From NCBI GenBank assembly GCA_052279835.1, contig CP181291.1:5728001-5792000 (forward strand): DNA of 64,000 bases. The letters are read 5' to 3'. This document shows, in pieces, positions 60,144 to 64,000 of the stretch (the stretch's first letter is position 1; each line of letters begins with the position of its first letter). Position numbers and translations under genes: made by a program. Origin of the DNA: Microcoleus sp. (lineage in GTDB: Bacteria; Cyanobacteriota; Cyanobacteriia; Cyanobacteriales; Microcoleaceae). The notes beneath the pieces were generated by a model, which worked only from the letters and a program-made list of their open reading frames with translations, did not search any database and was not told the DNA's origin.

Positions 60144-60725
60144 TCAATCCGCAACTTCCAATTGCGATATAGCATAGCGCGCCACAGTCAAACTATATTT
60201 AGCCCGTTCTATTTCCGACAATTCTGCCCAAGGTTTGCTAAAAACCATCCCTAATTCTCCCCCTTCCCCCTCAACATCTCGCATCGCATAGGCCAAAGGA
60301 CGGGATAAAACTTGCAAATCTTCCTCATCCCACTGAGGTAAAATATCTAACACGCACTCTACCATTTGGTCTGCCAAATATTGATATTTGACCGTGGCAT
60401 TTTGGACACTTTGTGCGATGCTGGCGAGTAAATCTTGAGGAAAACTCACAAATTTATCCCGCAAAGACTTTTGCAAAGTTGTGGTTAGCCAGACTTGTTC
60501 TAATTGCGAGAATAATAATTGTGACTTCTGGGCAATATCCGTGTCGCTGAAGGAATCGGATATTGCAAATTCTTGCTCTAAAGCCATCAAATAAGATTCT
60601 GATTCAACCTGTGCAGGATTCCAGGGATAAGCAACATCAGTCTGAAAAATTGTTGCCAGAAGTTCCATCTCAACCTGAGTTTCCGAGTCGCGAAAATATT
60701 GAGAATCAGGAGGTTGGGGAGCCAT
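60144..60725 (-). CDS. Conserved cyanobacterial hypothetical protein
   Basis: YPWNP, RPLAYAMR and WAELSEIE motifs. Confidence 0.8.
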   Translation of the reverse strand: MAPQPPDSQYFRDSETQVEMELLATIFQTDVAYPWNPAQVESESYLMALEQEFAISDSFSDTDIAQKSQLLFSQLEQVWLTTTLQKSLRDKFVSFPQDLLASIAQSVQNATVKYQYLADQMVECVLDILPQWDEEDLQVLSRPLAYAMRDVEGEGGELGMVFSKPWAELSEIERAKYSLTVARYAISQLEVAD

Positions 60726-60908
60726 AATTTAATACCTAAATGGGAAAAAAATACAGAACGGGATGAATGGGAAGTATGAGTTGCGAGTTGTGAATATTTT
60801 TTTTAACTCCAGACTTGAGACTCAATGTCTAAAACTTTGCCGTCCCGATCGCCGATTGCTAAAACTAGCTACACTATCACCTGTATTGGTTCCGCAATCA
60901 ATTTAATT

Positions 60909-62720
60909 TTAGGTAGAAGTTGTTGGCACCTCGATGGTGAACTCAAAAATCTGACCTTGAGAACTGCCAAATTTTAGCTGAGTGCCCGATCGCAACAACA
61001 GTTCCTGGTGGTGAACCCTTTGCCATCCCTCATCCCCCAAGACTAGAGTGCCATAACGAGAGAAATCCCGCAGGAAGTAGCGAGGTTCTTCCCGGCCATC
61101 TTCGATATTGTTGCGGCAGAAAATTTCCGCGTGTTTTTGAGAAACCCACTGTTCTCGAATCACTACATCATTTTCTTCCCAACGTCCGACTCGCACCATT
61201 CCACCCCGAATTGGCCAAACCTGATTGGGGTTAGAACTTTGGGCTGTTTCCTCTTCTCGATCGCGCCCCCGCAAATAAGCACAGGAGGGCAAACGTCCCA
61301 GCCAAGTAGCAGAATTTACAGGTAATTCTGTTTTGATGTCATCTACCGGTTCAGTCAATTGACCATCGAACTCCGGGTGCATATACAGCACCGGCAGTGT
61401 CCAAGCCGGTTGATTGAACTTGTAAAGCGTTAGTAGCTGCTGTCTGGCGATCGCCACAGCCCGATCGATGGACATCCTTCCAGCCAAAGCTTGGGCGAAA
61501 GTTTGGATAAAACTCAGGGCTTCGCGATCGGCGATCGAATCCCGCATCCCCAACACCGCCGGCACCCCATGATGGATCAATACCTCTGCCAAACTGCTGC
61601 GGGCGATCGCCTGTTTGTGGCCACTGCTAGAATCAACCGTCTCCATGGCCGGCTGAGCTCCCCAGCAGGCATTGAATACTGCCAGCGTCACGCGGCACCG
61701 CACTAAAACCTGAGCCAGTTCAGTGCCGTTAATAATCGTGTCCGGCCCCAAAAACAACAAACCTCCATCGGGTCCCGGCATCCCGTGCCCGGCATAAAAC
61801 AAGATGTTATAGGCTTGTGTTTCCAAGCGAGAAATTAATTCTGTTGGGGTGGGTTCGATCAGAGTATCGACGTGAGTGGGAACGTTAACCTCGAAGTATT
61901 TACCAGTGTCGTCGGTTTTATTGGCATTTTCCAGAACCAGACGCAAGGCTAGTGCTTCTTTTTCCAAATGCAACTGACGATGATTAGTGCTAGAAAATTG
62001 ACTATTGACAACACTGCCAGGATCTGATTGTCCCAACACTAACAAAATATTGAGCGAATCGGCCAGACGCAGCGGCCCCAAAGGCTCAACATTGCTGGTA
62101 GTGCGACTAAACAGCAATTGCTGGGACAGAGAAATTGCCGGTTGACCGGCTTGAGGCTGCATAATTTCCCAAGGTAAAGCAATTAAATAGGGTTCCCGCA
62201 AGTCTAGTCGTACCCGCAGAGGTTGATTTTGTCCGATCGCGATACCTTTACTTTCTTGGAGACTACCTTGAATTGGTCCTTCAAACAGCCACTGCCAAAG
62301 ATTGATGCCAAAATGCTGCATCAAGCGACTGCTGTAGCTAGTCGGTTGTGGCGGTGGAGTTGGTTCCCCCCTCTCACCGCCACCCCTTTGAGGGACGTGG
62401 ACGGATACTCCTGAAAATGGAGGTAGCTGTAGGGAGTAAGGGCTTGGTTTTTCGGTTGTGTCGAGTATTTTTTGGCTATGTTCCACAGACATGAAACTAC
62501 CATCAGAATTTGAGGGCAATTGGTGAATTGTCCCGGAGGAGGAGAACATCTCTTGCCAAGCTTGCCACGCTTGGGATAGGGTGGGGGGCCACATACAATC
62601 GTGGTGAACGTAACCGCTGGGATAGGGGGCCTGTAGCACCCAGGTAGCAAAATGGTTTGCCCCAGCGGCTTTCAGGCGAGCGATCGCTATACTGAGGCAA
62701 GGACTTTCAGGGCGCGCCAT
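60909..62720 (-). CDS. CHAT (caspase-like) protease domain + FHA domain protein
   Basis: ALPWE, FYAGHG (His), FNACWG (Cys), WTLPVLY; FHA motifs VGR..VSQKHA..DFSRYGT. Confidence 0.88.
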   Translation of the reverse strand: MARPESPCLSIAIARLKAAGANHFATWVLQAPYPSGYVHHDCMWPPTLSQAWQAWQEMFSSSGTIHQLPSNSDGSFMSVEHSQKILDTTEKPSPYSLQLPPFSGVSVHVPQRGGGERGEPTPPPQPTSYSSRLMQHFGINLWQWLFEGPIQGSLQESKGIAIGQNQPLRVRLDLREPYLIALPWEIMQPQAGQPAISLSQQLLFSRTTSNVEPLGPLRLADSLNILLVLGQSDPGSVVNSQFSSTNHRQLHLEKEALALRLVLENANKTDDTGKYFEVNVPTHVDTLIEPTPTELISRLETQAYNILFYAGHGMPGPDGGLLFLGPDTIINGTELAQVLVRCRVTLAVFNACWGAQPAMETVDSSSGHKQAIARSSLAEVLIHHGVPAVLGMRDSIADREALSFIQTFAQALAGRMSIDRAVAIARQQLLTLYKFNQPAWTLPVLYMHPEFDGQLTEPVDDIKTELPVNSATWLGRLPSCAYLRGRDREEETAQSSNPNQVWPIRGGMVRVGRWEENDVVIREQWVSQKHAEIFCRNNIEDGREEPRYFLRDFSRYGTLVLGDEGWQRVHHQELLLRSGTQLKFGSSQGQIFEFTIEVPTTST

Positions 62721-62831
62721 TCACAACTACCGACTCTGGATATAGGGATCGATCGAGTTTATCTATCTAGTCTATCGGGTTTGGGGCTTGGTAGAGTAAT
62801 TAGGACTCATCTCAATTTTAAATTACCGAAA

Positions 62832-64000
62832 CTAACGCCGGAAAATTCGCAACCACACATCTATAATTATCGCTGTCACCAAGCTAGCCGCTAATGCTGA
62901 TAGAATACCAGATCCCAGAATCAACCTCAGTTCCGAACCAGGAGAAAAAATTGGCACCATATTTATGGCCAAATTGAGTTTGGGATATTGTGCTATTTCT
63001 GTTTTAAAATTAGCAGTTGCAGAAGCTACGGAAGCGACAGTGCCACCAGTTGATAGTCCGACTCCGACAATACCGACGATTGTTTGAAAAGTGCGATCGC
63101 TCTCAGCCTTCCGAATCTCAACCGTACCTCTAATGGTATCAGTCAAACTCCGCAAAATTTCCAAACAAGGACGAAAATTGTCAATATCTTTTTGGATTTG
63201 TTTGGGATAAGTTTGTTCAGCCTTGTTCCAAAAATCCTGCAAAAACTGTAAATCATCAGTAGGTCTAGCCAGAGTTTTCATTTCAGCCAGCTTAGCCTCA
63301 TACTTCTCCAGATTAACCTTAATTGTACTATATTGCAGCTCCAGGTAATTAAGGTCGATCGCAAAATCAGACAATTTCCCCATCGCCTCCATCAGCCTTT
63401 GGAGATTCAGACGAGAAGTATTTTTCATCTCCACAATTTGGTTGTAATTACTCACCAACCGTTCTTTTAAAAATAGACTTTTCTCATAAGCCCAAATAAT
63501 TTTATGGCGGTAACACAGCAAATCCAGCCAACCTACATAAAAATTGCTGCATTCCCGAAAAGCCACTTCATCGGGATACAAAATTACCAAAAGTTGCAAA
63601 TTATCCTCAATCTTGTCGCCCCAAAACTCAAATACTTTCCCACCCAAAAACTCACCACTACCTTGAGGAATACCATTTTTTGCAAACAAACATTTGTAAA
63701 CCTGTTTGGCAAGTTCTTCCTTTTCCGCATCATCCCCAGATTCCAGCCACCCCGAAAACATCCAAGTTTTGCCAATATTTTCCAACTTGGGCGGTTTGGG
63801 AATTAAATATTGCAAGCTTTCAATCAGTTTAATAACTTTGTCGGGTTCGTACTTATCCTCAACGTAGCCATTAAATAAAATTTGGTAATTATCCGTAAGA
63901 TTCCAGCGGCGGTAGCGGCCCTTGACTGGATGATTGTTGAGATTTCCTGTAAAAGGTAAATCGGCTACTGCTTCCTCCTGTAGCGCCCGAAATTTTTGTT
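62832..64000 (-). CDS. Hypothetical protein with two C-terminal TM segments; 5' end outside the window
   Basis: The frame of ORF 62832-63815 stays open to the window edge by hand translation. Confidence 0.75.
   Translation of the reverse strand, partial: QKFRALQEEAVADLPFTGNLNNHPVKGRYRRWNLTDNYQILFNGYVEDKYEPDKVIKLIESLQYLIPKPPKLENIGKTWMFSGWLESGDDAEKEELAKQVYKCLFAKNGIPQGSGEFLGGKVFEFWGDKIEDNLQLLVILYPDEVAFRECSNFYVGWLDLLCYRHKIIWAYEKSLFLKERLVSNYNQIVEMKNTSRLNLQRLMEAMGKLSDFAIDLNYLELQYSTIKVNLEKYEAKLAEMKTLARPTDDLQFLQDFWNKAEQTYPKQIQKDIDNFRPCLEILRSLTDTIRGTVEIRKAESDRTFQTIVGIVGVGLSTGGTVASVASATANFKTEIAQYPKLNLAINMVPIFSPGSELRLILGSGILSALAASLVTAIIIDVWLRIFRR

Noticed and set aside
60144..62720. Naming these genes patU3 or hetF
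   Set aside because: Only fold-level resemblance; the FHA fusion and length differ, and orthology cannot be shown without a search.

Overview
64 kb of chromosome from a filamentous cyanobacterium; the Oscillatoriales/Microcoleus-like assignment is an inference from dense HIP1 (GCGATCGC) sites, heptamer STRR tracts and gene content. In order it holds: (1) a Wzm/Wzt-type surface-glycan locus with a GT4 gene, two methyltransferase genes and a 1767-aa sulfotransferase/coiled-coil/GT2-GT2-GT4 fusion; (2) ruvB, recN, a CyaB-type adenylate cyclase, ppa, an MBL hydrolase, a diheme cytochrome c and ppc; (3) SGNH/DUF1574, EcxA-like metzincin and HAF-repeat PEP-CTERM genes; (4) a ~9.5 kb accessory array of small, almost all co-oriented genes (Uma2, HicAB, DUF433/DUF5615, DUF4058, DUF29, an orphan toxin-immunity pair) mixed with gene fragments; (5) ctaB-ctaA and the coxBAC cytochrome oxidase genes; (6) cellulose synthase-like and CHAT-FHA genes. 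No transposase, integrase, tRNA, rRNA or CRISPR array was seen. Strongest observations: duplicated modules in the accessory array repeatedly begin or end at a -10 promoter hexamer, suggesting a cassette-shuffling mechanism; 21-24 nt in-frame micro-insertions sit in HIP1-like sites, one shown directly by an adjacent paralog; several MITE families have readable target-site duplications; there is an orphan tnpB tail with an omegaRNA-like right end; and there is a candidate sulfate-capping molecular-ruler glycan polymerase. Family names come from motif recognition, not database searches.
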